Shown here piece by piece: positions 1 through 9,064 of a stretch of 64,000 nucleotides of DNA; the first letter of the stretch is position 1, and the number at the start of each line of letters is the position of its first letter. A program made the position numbers and the translations under genes. The notes under the pieces were generated by a model. That model searched no databases. It saw only the letters and a list, made by a program, of their open reading frames with translations, and was not told the origin of the DNA. The stretch is from NCBI GenBank assembly GCA_040882265.1, contig JBBEBO010000157.1, positions 14,778 through 78,777 on the forward strand. Direction: 5' to 3'. The DNA is from Brumimicrobium sp. GTDB lineage: Bacteria; Bacteroidota; Bacteroidia; Flavobacteriales_D; Crocinitomicaceae.

Positions 1-10
1 ACTTGATGCT

Positions 11-1894
11 ATGGATTTTATGTTGAGAAAAGTTCGGCGAATAGACATTCCTTTTGGTGGGGTTCAGGTATTATATATTGGAGACTTACTACAGCTACCA
101 CCCATTATGAAAAGAGAAGAATGGCAAGTACTTAGAGAATATTACCAAGGAACATTCTTTTTTCATTCTCATGCTGTACAAAGTCAACCGCCTTTATACA
201 TTGAACTTGATAAAATTTATCGCCAAAATGACGAGCGTTTTATTGAAGTGCTGAATAATTTGAGAAACAATTTTATCTCTCCAAATGATGTTGAGACACT
301 AAATAAATACGTACAGCCCAATTTCGATTCTTTAGAACATGAAGGGTATATTACACTTACAACACACAATGCAAAAGCTGAACGTATAAACGCTGAAGCA
401 CTTAAAGCCTTAAAGAATAGAAACCATAAATTTTACGCTAAAATTGAAGGAGAATTCCCAAAACACATGTATCCTATAAATGAGGAAATGGATTTAAAAA
501 TTGGATCTCAAGTGATGTTTATAAAAAATGATTTATCGCATGAAAAACTATACTTTAATGGTAAAATAGGAAAAATTATCAACCTTTCTAGAGATGAAAT
601 AAAAGTGCTTTTTCCTGAAGAAAATAGAATTATTGCTGTTGAAAAATATGTTTGGGAAAACGTAAAATTCTCACTTGATGAAAAGTCTGGGGAAATTCAA
701 GAAGAAGTTATGGGCACGTTTGAACACTACCCACTTAAACTCGCATGGGCAATAACTGTTCACAAAAGTCAAGGACTTACATTTGACAAAGCTGTCTTAG
801 ATTTATCAAATGTTTTTGCCCCAGGTCAAGCCTATGTTGGATTGTCCAGACTACGCAGTTTGGATGGTTTAGTTCTATTAAGCCCAATTCAATTAAACGG
901 GTTAAAAAACGATCAGCATGTAGTTAATTATGCTAAAAACAAAGCAGAAGAAAAAGTACTTAAAAATCAATTAGAAGTTGGAACGATGCATTTTATTCAA
1001 AGTCGGTTACAGCAAGCTTTTAATTGGGAGTATATGGTTAGCAAGTTTCTTTCGTTGGAAGCGTTACATAAAAACGCTGGGGAGCGAAGTGAAATGGGTA
1101 AAAATCGCATTTGGTTTGAAAAACAAGTGAAGGATTTATTTGAGACACTAGAACCCGCTCGAAAATTTCGAAATCAAATTCATAAAATCTGCCACGAATC
1201 AAATTTTAATATTGAACAAGTTCATGAACGGGTGCAAGCTGCCTATGAATATTTCATCCAAAAGTTAGAACCTGTTTTTAGAAGTAACCTCAAACATTTG
1301 ATTCTGCTCGGGCGTAAAAATTCAACTAAAAATTATGTTGAAGACTTACAAGAACTCGATGATTTTATCACTGAGGTTATATTGCAACTTAAGCGAGCGC
1401 GTTTATTGGTGGAAAACATGTATAATGGTAAAGAACTGAGCAAAGAGAATATTTGGAACGAACAAATTAAAACCTTTAAAATGGCTAAAATTGCCATTGT
1501 AAAGAATGAAATTCGTGAAGAAAATCCGACAATTGAAGATTTTAGTGATGAAGATGTAATAGAAATAAAATCTTCTAAAAAAAAGAAAAAAAATAAGGAA
1601 AAGAAAAAGTCTACTTTTATCAAAACACTTGAATTATTTGAACAAGGCAAATCAATTCAAGAGATTGCCAATGAACGTGAATTAACAACGGCTACTATTT
1701 ACGGTCACTTAGCACGATTAATCAAAGATGAAAAAATTGACATTACGCATGTTATGGATTCTGAACGTTTAGAAGAACTAAAGAAAACGCTCGGAAATGA
1801 ACTTGAACATGGAATATCAGCTGCAAAGAAAAAAGTAGGAGAAGATGTTTCTTGGGAAGAACTGAAACTATATCATGCGAGTTTGATGCTATAA
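11..1894 (+). CDS. Pif1/RecD-like SF1B helicase with C-terminal helix-turn-helix domain (5' truncated by window edge)
   Basis: Motifs GDLLQLPP, ELDKIYRQ, LAWAITVHKSQGLT and GQAYVGLSR; C-terminal 'KSIQEIANERELTTATIYGHL' HTH. The frame stays open to the window start and Walker A is not in the window. Confidence 0.85.
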   Translation: MDFMLRKVRRIDIPFGGVQVLYIGDLLQLPPIMKREEWQVLREYYQGTFFFHSHAVQSQPPLYIELDKIYRQNDERFIEVLNNLRNNFISPNDVETLNKYVQPNFDSLEHEGYITLTTHNAKAERINAEALKALKNRNHKFYAKIEGEFPKHMYPINEEMDLKIGSQVMFIKNDLSHEKLYFNGKIGKIINLSRDEIKVLFPEENRIIAVEKYVWENVKFSLDEKSGEIQEEVMGTFEHYPLKLAWAITVHKSQGLTFDKAVLDLSNVFAPGQAYVGLSRLRSLDGLVLLSPIQLNGLKNDQHVVNYAKNKAEEKVLKNQLEVGTMHFIQSRLQQAFNWEYMVSKFLSLEALHKNAGERSEMGKNRIWFEKQVKDLFETLEPARKFRNQIHKICHESNFNIEQVHERVQAAYEYFIQKLEPVFRSNLKHLILLGRKNSTKNYVEDLQELDDFITEVILQLKRARLLVENMYNGKELSKENIWNEQIKTFKMAKIAIVKNEIREENPTIEDFSDEDVIEIKSSKKKKKNKEKKKSTFIKTLELFEQGKSIQEIANERELTTATIYGHLARLIKDEKIDITHVMDSERLEELKKTLGNELEHGISAAKKKVGEDVSWEELKLYHASLML

Positions 1895-1914
1895 TAGAAT
1901 AACGAGGGTTAATT

Positions 1915-2310
1915 CTAAACCACCGAAACGGGATTTTTATCATCATCAATTGCAACCATCGTAAATGTACCATGAACTGCGCGTTCTCTTTTTTCAGAGT
2001 ACATTTCTTCAACGAAAATGTCAACGCCTACAACGATACTACTTTTCCCCACTTTCTGAACATTCGCTACCAGTTCAACCAACGTTCCACTAGGAATTGG
2101 TTTTTTAAAATCGACGCGGTCAGAACTTACGGTTACAACTTTTTGTCTACTAAAACGAGTCGCGCAGATAAAGGAAACCTCATCCATTAATTGAAGCGCT
2201 GTTCCACCAAAAAGCGTATCGTAATGATTGGTTGTATTTGGAAATACTGCTTTAAAAATGCGCGTTTCTGCGTTTTTGATGCGCTCCTCTACTGATTTAT
2301 TCTGTGTCAT
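1915..2310 (-). CDS. Acyl-CoA thioesterase, hotdog fold (YciA-like)
   Basis: NHYDTLFGGTALQLMDE and VTVSSDRVDFKKPI hotdog motifs; 131 aa. Confidence 0.9.
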   Translation of the reverse strand: MTQNKSVEERIKNAETRIFKAVFPNTTNHYDTLFGGTALQLMDEVSFICATRFSRQKVVTVSSDRVDFKKPIPSGTLVELVANVQKVGKSSIVVGVDIFVEEMYSEKRERAVHGTFTMVAIDDDKNPVSVV

Positions 2311-4183
2311 TTTTTTGATCTAATTCGTTAAACTCTTCTTCTTCGATAAATACTTTTCCTTTGACTTTTTTCCAAGTCATCCAAAGTAAAATACCGCTGA
2401 TTATTGCCGTAATTGAAAGCCATAGTGCCAATATATGCTTACCGTAAATCCAGTTTCCTGTTGCAAACATTGTAGTGTAAACGAATATTGCGCCAACAAC
2501 CATAGCCAAAATCCCTGCAGGAACGGTCCACGGTTGTTTTTTGTTTTCTATCGTTACGTTCTCAGCATTTGCTTTCTGAATCACCTTCTTCCATCCTGGT
2601 CCACCGGGCTGAATTTTTGTGTAGAAATCTCTCAGTTTTTGATCACTTTCTGGTTTAGTAAACAGAGCAACAGCTACCCAAGCTATTGTTGTAATCAACA
2701 CAACGATAGGAAACATTGTCCAACTGGGGAAAATGCCTTGTATTTTTTCTCCCAACTCATTTGTTTCTCCAAAAAGTATCGTTCCAACGGCTGTAAAGTT
2801 GAATAAAATAGAAATGATCCCCGAAGAAAACATAGCTGTAATTTCGGACCATGCGTTTATTCTCCACCAAAACCAGCGCAGAATAAAAATCAGTCCTGTT
2901 CCTGCTCCAAACATTAAAATGATGTCGAACAGTTGTTTTGCATTATTCAAAAACAAAGCGAATGCCGCACTTGCAACCATCAAAACAACAGTCGATAATC
3001 GACCCACATTTACGAGTTCCTTTTCGCTAGCATTTTTATTGACTTGTTGTTTGTAAAAATCATTGACCACATATGAAGAACCCCAGTTCAAATGTGTTGA
3101 AATCGTTGACATGTATGCTGCTCCCAAAGAGGCTAAAACCAATCCTAGCAAACCACTTGGCAGCATCGTCAACATCGCAGAATAGGCCAAATCGTGTCCC
3201 AATTTTCCTTCTTCCACATTAGGAAATGCTGCTTGAATACTAGCAATATCAGGGAAAATAACAAGTGAAGCCAAAGCAACAATAATCCACGGCCACGGAC
3301 GCAGCGCGTAGTGCATAATATTGAAGAAAAAAGTTGCGCCTACTGCATGGTTTTCATTTTTGGCGGCTAACATTCGCTGAGCGATATAACCTCCACCTCC
3401 AGGTTCTGCACCAGGATACCAAGCACTCCACCACTGCACAGCGAGTGGAATAATCAAAATTCCAATTAACGCTTCCTTGTTAGAGAAATCAGGCAGTAAA
3501 TCAATCTTATTTTGAACATTCTCGTGCGTAATCATATTTGCTATCCCACCAACTTCTGGAAGGTTCACCAAATAGTAGGCTGCCCCAATGGATCCCGCCA
3601 TGGCAACAAAAAACAGTAAAAAGTCGGTATAAATTACTCCTCGAAAACCGCCCAAAGCACTAAATGCAACTGTAATCGTTCCCGCAATTCCAACGGTTTG
3701 AAGTGGTGTGAGGCCGAGCATGATTTGGCCGATTTTAATTGCCGCAAGTGTAACTGCAGACATAGCCATAATATTAAACCCGATACCGAGATAAATGGAA
3801 CGAAAACCTCTTAAAAAACGCGCAGGTTTTCCGCCATAGCGCAATTCATAAAACTCCATGTCTGTGGTAACATTGGACTTTCTCCAGAGTTTTGCATATA
3901 CAAAAACCGTCAGTAACCCCGTCAAAAGGAACGCCCACCAAACCCAGTTTCCAGAAACACCATCATTTCGTACAATGTCGGTTACGAGGTTCGGCGTATC
4001 CGTAGAAAACGTAGTCGCCACCATAGAAAACCCGAGCAACCACCAAGGCATATTCCGTCCAGAAAGGAAATATTCTGCGCTATTTTTCCCAGATTTTCGA
4101 GAGACAATGATACCAATTGCCAGTACAATCCCAAAGAATGTAAAGATGACTGTTAAATCTAAACCGCTTAATTCCATCCGCAA
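2297..4183 (-). CDS. Sodium:solute symporter family protein
   Basis: Many TM segments; YFLSGRNMPWW, SMVATTFSTDTP and AAYMSTISTHLN typical of SSS transporters. Confidence 0.9.
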   Translation of the reverse strand: MRMELSGLDLTVIFTFFGIVLAIGIIVSRKSGKNSAEYFLSGRNMPWWLLGFSMVATTFSTDTPNLVTDIVRNDGVSGNWVWWAFLLTGLLTVFVYAKLWRKSNVTTDMEFYELRYGGKPARFLRGFRSIYLGIGFNIMAMSAVTLAAIKIGQIMLGLTPLQTVGIAGTITVAFSALGGFRGVIYTDFLLFFVAMAGSIGAAYYLVNLPEVGGIANMITHENVQNKIDLLPDFSNKEALIGILIIPLAVQWWSAWYPGAEPGGGGYIAQRMLAAKNENHAVGATFFFNIMHYALRPWPWIIVALASLVIFPDIASIQAAFPNVEEGKLGHDLAYSAMLTMLPSGLLGLVLASLGAAYMSTISTHLNWGSSYVVNDFYKQQVNKNASEKELVNVGRLSTVVLMVASAAFALFLNNAKQLFDIILMFGAGTGLIFILRWFWWRINAWSEITAMFSSGIISILFNFTAVGTILFGETNELGEKIQGIFPSWTMFPIVVLITTIAWVAVALFTKPESDQKLRDFYTKIQPGGPGWKKVIQKANAENVTIENKKQPWTVPAGILAMVVGAIFVYTTMFATGNWIYGKHILALWLSITAIISGILLWMTWKKVKGKVFIEEEEFNELDQKNDTE

Positions 4184-4407
4184 TTAAATATTGAGATTCA
4201 AAGAAACAAATAATATGTGGTTGCAAAATCTATTGAAAAGATTTTGTTTCAAGTTGGGGGTGTTAGTAAGTTGCGTAACCAATATGCCGGGTGAAATTAT
4301 ATCCCTAGCCAAATGTGGTGAAAAAATATAGCTTTTGGCTGGTAATAGATAAGACAAGCGCATTTGAATTTAAAGCTCTTTTTTGTTTTATTAAATCAAA
4401 CCAAAGG

Positions 4408-4468
4408 TTCTTTTGCCACGGGGCCTGTCCCGGGAATACGGGATTAACCCGTGGTTAAAGAGGAATAA
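4408..4468. repeat. Nested imperfect inverted repeat (REP-like)
   Basis: CCACGGG (4416-4422) pairs with CCCGTGG (4448-4454); inner TCCCG-GGAATA-CGGGA (4428-4443). GC-rich island in an AT-rich gap. Confidence 0.55.
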
Positions 4469-4604
4469 GGAAGATCTTATTTTGGCGCGACTTTTTGCTT
4501 CAAAAATCGTGACAAAATGCTCTCTTTTCGAGATTTCGTTTTTAAATGCGTTTGGCCTATAGTAATAGGTTATTCATTTACTTTTTAATTGAAAAACTCG
4601 AGTT

Positions 4605-4680
4605 TACGGCTCAAACTAATTACAAATACGGCTCAATATTAGGTGTTTTTGAGCTGAAAAAGACATATATTTGAGCTGTA
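4605..4680 (+). promoter_or_regulatory. Four 10-bp sites at exact 22-bp period (two direct, two inverted), probable operator of the Fic gene
   Basis: TACGGCTCAA at 4605 and 4627; TTGAGCTGAA at 4649; TTGAGCTGTA at 4671; ends 16 bp before the Fic ATG. Confidence 0.7.
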
Positions 4681-4696
4681 TTTAATATTTACTATT

Positions 4697-5731
4697 ATGT
4701 CAAATCAGGAAAAAGTATTAGAAGTAGTAAAAAATTATCCTTTATTATCTTCATCAGAAATACATGAAAAACATGGCTTAGACATTAGTTTTGCTACAAC
4801 CAAAAGGCTGCTTGCGAAGTTGGTTTTAGAAAATTTAATAGAATCTGAAGGAAAAGGAAAAGGCACGAAGTATAAAGTGTCTATAGCGTCTCAAATTATA
4901 AAGAAAGTCGATTTAGAAGAATATTATAAACAAGAAATTGACGAAAGAACAATTAAGCGCCAATTTGATTTTGAGTTAATCAATGATGTATTGCGAACAG
5001 TCAATCTTTTTAATGAAGAGGAATTGAAAAAACTAAACAGTCTACAAAATCAGTTTTCTTTAAAAAGCCAAGAGCTTTCCCAGTTTGAGTTCGAAAAAGA
5101 AATGGAGCGTTTAGCGATTGATTTAAGCTGGAAATCATCAGAAATAGAGGGAAACACCTATTCTCTTCTAGAAACAGAGCGTTTATTAAAAGAAAAAATA
5201 ACTGCTGAAGGTAAAACCAAAGATGAAGCTACCATGCTGCTTAATCATAAGGATGCATTGGATTTTATTTTGCAAAACCCTGACTATTTAAAAGAGTTAA
5301 CGGTAGCAAAGATTGAAAATATACATAGTGTTTTAGTTAAAGACCTTCAAATTGATCGGAACATTAGAAAACGAAGAGTCGGTATTTCAGGAACTAACTT
5401 CAAACCCATTGACAATGAATTTCAAATTAAAGAAGCGCTTCAAAGTATGTGCGATTTAGTGAACGCTAAAAGTAGTGTTTTTGAAAAATCCCTATTCATC
5501 ATCGTTCTCATTTCTTATATACAACCTTTCAACGATGGAAACAAGAGAACAGCACGCATTGTGAGTAATGCCATTTTAATAGATAAAAACTTTTGCCCCA
5601 TTTCTTTTAGAACCGTTGATTCTATAGAGTATAAAAAAGCGTTGTTGTTATTCTATGAGCAAAATAACATTTCTGCTTTTAAGGAGATCTTTATTGAGCA
5701 ATTTGAATTTGCTGTGGATACTTATTTTTAG
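4697..5731 (+). CDS. Fic-family protein with N-terminal winged HTH; atypical active-site loop
   Basis: QPFNDGNKRTAR Fic loop (His replaced by Gln); SSEIEGN inhibitory-helix motif; N-terminal wHTH with 'EGKGKGTKY' wing. Confidence 0.88.
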   Translation: MSNQEKVLEVVKNYPLLSSSEIHEKHGLDISFATTKRLLAKLVLENLIESEGKGKGTKYKVSIASQIIKKVDLEEYYKQEIDERTIKRQFDFELINDVLRTVNLFNEEELKKLNSLQNQFSLKSQELSQFEFEKEMERLAIDLSWKSSEIEGNTYSLLETERLLKEKITAEGKTKDEATMLLNHKDALDFILQNPDYLKELTVAKIENIHSVLVKDLQIDRNIRKRRVGISGTNFKPIDNEFQIKEALQSMCDLVNAKSSVFEKSLFIIVLISYIQPFNDGNKRTARIVSNAILIDKNFCPISFRTVDSIEYKKALLLFYEQNNISAFKEIFIEQFEFAVDTYF

Positions 5732-5754
5732 AATATTCTAATTAATAACCGCAA

Positions 5755-7026
5755 CTACCCAATCATATCAAACCCAACATACTTAACCAAAGCCTCAGGA
5801 ATCTTAACTCCCTCATCCGTCTGGTGATTCTCCAATAAAGCAGCAACAATTCTAGGCAACGCAAGCGCACTTCCATTCAAGGTATGGCAAAGTTGTGTTT
5901 TCTTATCTTCTCCTCTGAAACGCAGCTTTAATCTATTTGATTGGAACGTTTCAAACAAAGAAACTGAACTTACTTCCAACCAACGTTCTTGAGCAGCAGA
6001 GTATACTTCAAAATCATAGGTGATAGCTGAAGTAAAACCTAAATCTCCCCCACACAAACGCAAAACACGGTAGTGTAACCCTAATTTTTCTAAGAGTCCT
6101 TTTACGTGATCCACCATTTCTTCCAATGCTTTTTGAGAATTGTCTGGGTGTTCTATGCGAACTAGCTCCACTTTATCAAACTGATGTAGTCTGTTTAAAC
6201 CACGAACATCTTTACCGTAAGATCCTGCTTCGCGACGAAAACATGGCGTATATCCCGTAATTTTTACTGAAAAGTCTTTATTTGGAAGAATAACATCGCG
6301 ATACATATTCGTCAAAGGAACTTCTGCCGTTGGAATAAGGTACAAATCATCTTCCGTCACATGGTACATTTGTCCTTCCTTATCAGGAAGTTGTCCGGTT
6401 CCAATTCCACTTTCTTCGTTCACTACTAACGGCGGAATCACCTCTTCGTAACCCGCTTTTTCAGCTTCATCTAAGAAAAAGTTAATGAGTCCGCGCTGTA
6501 ATTTAGCTCCTTTTCCTTTGTAGAAAGGGAAACCAGCACCCGTTACTTTAACGCCTATTTCAAAATCAATCAAGCCGTATTTATCAGCAAGTTCCCAATG
6601 AGGAATAGCATTTCCTTTGAACTGAACCTTCTCTCCTACTTCCTCAACTATTTCATTATCATCTTCTGATTTCCCAGAAGGAACAATGTCCTGCGGTACG
6701 TTTGGAATTTCGTACAGCTTATTTTGAATTTGGGTTTCAAGTTCGTTTACTTCTTGTTTTAAATCTTGCTCTTGCGTTTTTAAAACACCCGTTTTTTCTT
6801 TTGCTGCATTGGCTTCTTCCGTCTTCCCTTCACGAAAAAGCTGACCAATTTCTTTGGAAATTTTATTACTTTCAGATTGAACAGACTCCATCTCCGCTTT
6901 TTTAGCTCTCCACTGCTCGTCAAGTGATAAAATTGAATCTATCGTAGCGCTAACATCTATTCCGCGCTTTTTCAACCCTTCGACAATGACATCTCTATCC
7001 GTTCTAATTCTTGTAATTTCCAGCAT
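5755..7026 (-). CDS. serS: Serine--tRNA ligase
   Basis: N-terminal coiled coil; LIPTAEVPL, CFRREAGSYGKDVRGLNRLHQFDKVE and HTLNGSALA motifs. Confidence 0.98.
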   Translation of the reverse strand: MLEITRIRTDRDVIVEGLKKRGIDVSATIDSILSLDEQWRAKKAEMESVQSESNKISKEIGQLFREGKTEEANAAKEKTGVLKTQEQDLKQEVNELETQIQNKLYEIPNVPQDIVPSGKSEDDNEIVEEVGEKVQFKGNAIPHWELADKYGLIDFEIGVKVTGAGFPFYKGKGAKLQRGLINFFLDEAEKAGYEEVIPPLVVNEESGIGTGQLPDKEGQMYHVTEDDLYLIPTAEVPLTNMYRDVILPNKDFSVKITGYTPCFRREAGSYGKDVRGLNRLHQFDKVELVRIEHPDNSQKALEEMVDHVKGLLEKLGLHYRVLRLCGGDLGFTSAITYDFEVYSAAQERWLEVSSVSLFETFQSNRLKLRFRGEDKKTQLCHTLNGSALALPRIVAALLENHQTDEGVKIPEALVKYVGFDMIG

Positions 7027-7367
7027 GCTGTTTTTGTTTAAACGACAAATTTAAAAGTTCTTAACTAATAAGCTTGCTTACTATTAAAATAAAATGAACC
7101 TCAATTTATTCGACTGCCAAATCAATGACTTTTTAAGCGTTGATTAAGGGTAAAAGCTTTAATTCTGTAGAATATAACTATAGGGTTCTTTATAATTTTT
7201 TCAAGCTTAGTGTTATTGTTTCTTTTAACATTAAATCAATCCCACAAAATAAAAATACTTAGTGTACTCAATAACAAAATTTTATATTTTTTTAAAAATT
7301 GCTCATTTTTTTATTGTAAGTTTGTACTAACTTACTAAACATTGGTTTAACTAAAAAAACAAGACTT

Positions 7368-8927
7368 ATGAAAAAGCTACTACTAGCACTGTTCTTAGGA
7401 ACGATTATTTATGCACAGGGACAAGTGTGTACAATTGATTACTCGCAAACTTCTCCGGGAATTTACCCCGACACATTACCAACAGCAACCGTTGGAGATT
7501 TTTATGATACTGATATATCATTTCTTTTTCCAACTGATACGATGGGATTTGACTTCACTAATTTTCAGATCGTTTCTGTTAACCCACCTATGGGTCTTGA
7601 TTGGGAATGTAGTAATGATGCAAATGGATGTAACTATGATCCGCAAGCTGATCCTTTTGGCTGCGCAAGAGTATGGGGAACACCACTCATACCTGGTCAA
7701 TATACTGTTGAAATAGGTGTAATTGCTGATCTTACTATTCAATCTGGAAATGCTACAAGTTTTTTTGTGTATTTAGAAGTCCTTCCTTCACTTCAATCTA
7801 ACGCTGGATTTTCAATGAATCCTGGGTTTGGCTGTGAGGACGCTACAGTAGATTTTACAAACAACAATCCAAGCGGAAATTATACACCAATACCCAATCA
7901 AACTCAAGGGTTTTTATATAGCTGGGATTTTGGCAATGGATCACAATCAACAGCTGAAAACCCAGGATCTCAGACCTATACTGGAGCTGGTGATTATTAC
8001 GTTGATTATACTTGTATTATTGACACTTTTGGCTTCTTTTTGGACGGTATAACAATTAATAATGTTAGTTGTGATGATGCTATTGGATTTGGGGAACCTG
8101 ATATTTATATTTATGTATACGATGGTGATGACAATTTAGTACATACTACTGAGAGTTCTCCAAATGATAATAATTTACCTCAAACACACTCCATGAATGT
8201 ACAGTTAGATAACCCACCATATTATGTAATGGTATGGGATGATGATAGCGACAATTGGACTGGTACGGCTGATGATAATTGTGTCAATGGAAATGAAGGT
8301 TCTACAGCATCTGCAAACCTGTTACTACCTGCAATTGATAGTTATGGTACAACAACGCAGGTTGGTTCAAATGGAGGTTTGAATTTTACGTATGATATTA
8401 ATAAACCAATAGTTGAAATAGACTTGACGGACACGCTGACTATATACAGTAATCCTCCTACACCTATAATTGATGTAGATCAAAATGGTCCAGTATTAAG
8501 TACAGATGATCTAGGGTATAGTTATCAATGGTACCTAGATGGGACACCAATTTCTGGTGAAACATCTACATCACATACTCCAACTACTCCTGGTTTATAT
8601 ACAGTTACTGCAGTTGATTCAAATGGATGTTTTTCGACTTCACAAGAATTTGATTATGATAATGTCGGTTTAGAGAAAATGGATTTATTAGGGTTTAATA
8701 TGTATCCAAATCCTGCTTCTGATCAGGTGAAAATTGTATTTAATCCATCTGTAGAATTGGAAAGTGTTTCATTATTGGATTTGACAGGTCGTACTTTAAT
8801 TAATGAAAGTAATATCGATAAAAATTCAATAGTATTAAATGTTGCTGATCAAACTAGCGGAGTTTATATTGTTGCACTTAAGGCGGTTTCAGGACAAGTT
8901 CATACTTCGAAGTTAGTGATTGAATAA
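7368..8927 (+). CDS. Secreted PKD-domain protein with T9SS type A sorting domain
   Basis: Signal peptide; 'YSWDFGNG' PKD motif; C-terminal 'MYPNPAS...GVYIV...SKLVIE'. Confidence 0.8.
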   Translation: MKKLLLALFLGTIIYAQGQVCTIDYSQTSPGIYPDTLPTATVGDFYDTDISFLFPTDTMGFDFTNFQIVSVNPPMGLDWECSNDANGCNYDPQADPFGCARVWGTPLIPGQYTVEIGVIADLTIQSGNATSFFVYLEVLPSLQSNAGFSMNPGFGCEDATVDFTNNNPSGNYTPIPNQTQGFLYSWDFGNGSQSTAENPGSQTYTGAGDYYVDYTCIIDTFGFFLDGITINNVSCDDAIGFGEPDIYIYVYDGDDNLVHTTESSPNDNNLPQTHSMNVQLDNPPYYVMVWDDDSDNWTGTADDNCVNGNEGSTASANLLLPAIDSYGTTTQVGSNGGLNFTYDINKPIVEIDLTDTLTIYSNPPTPIIDVDQNGPVLSTDDLGYSYQWYLDGTPISGETSTSHTPTTPGLYTVTAVDSNGCFSTSQEFDYDNVGLEKMDLLGFNMYPNPASDQVKIVFNPSVELESVSLLDLTGRTLINESNIDKNSIVLNVADQTSGVYIVALKAVSGQVHTSKLVIE

Positions 8928-8951
8928 CTAGTAAGATAATTTGTTAAGAAG

Positions 8952-8993
8952 TGGAGAAATCGATCTTATTGATCTATTTCTCCATTTTTTTTT
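8952..8993 (+). terminator. Intrinsic terminator
   Basis: TGGAGAAAT...ATTTCTCCA stem followed by a T-run, 25 bp after the stop. Confidence 0.75.
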
Positions 8994-9064
8994 AAAATTC
9001 GCTGTTAAAAAAGGTTAACTGTGATAGTTACGTTTTCATAATCCACTACATTAGGAACAAAAAG

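Noticed and set aside
1577-1610. A-runs in the helicase gene as a slippage or phase-variation site
   Set aside because: The frame is intact and simply encodes a Lys-rich linker; no alternative-frame product is evident.
4184-4400. tRNA or other ncRNA in the symporter-Fic gap
   Set aside because: No cloverleaf, T-loop (GTTCGA) or riboswitch core; only short stems such as AGCCAAA/TTTGGCT.
4605-4680. CRISPR mini-array or plasmid iterons
   Set aside because: Units are only 10 bp with 12-bp gaps and switch orientation; no cas or rep gene is nearby.
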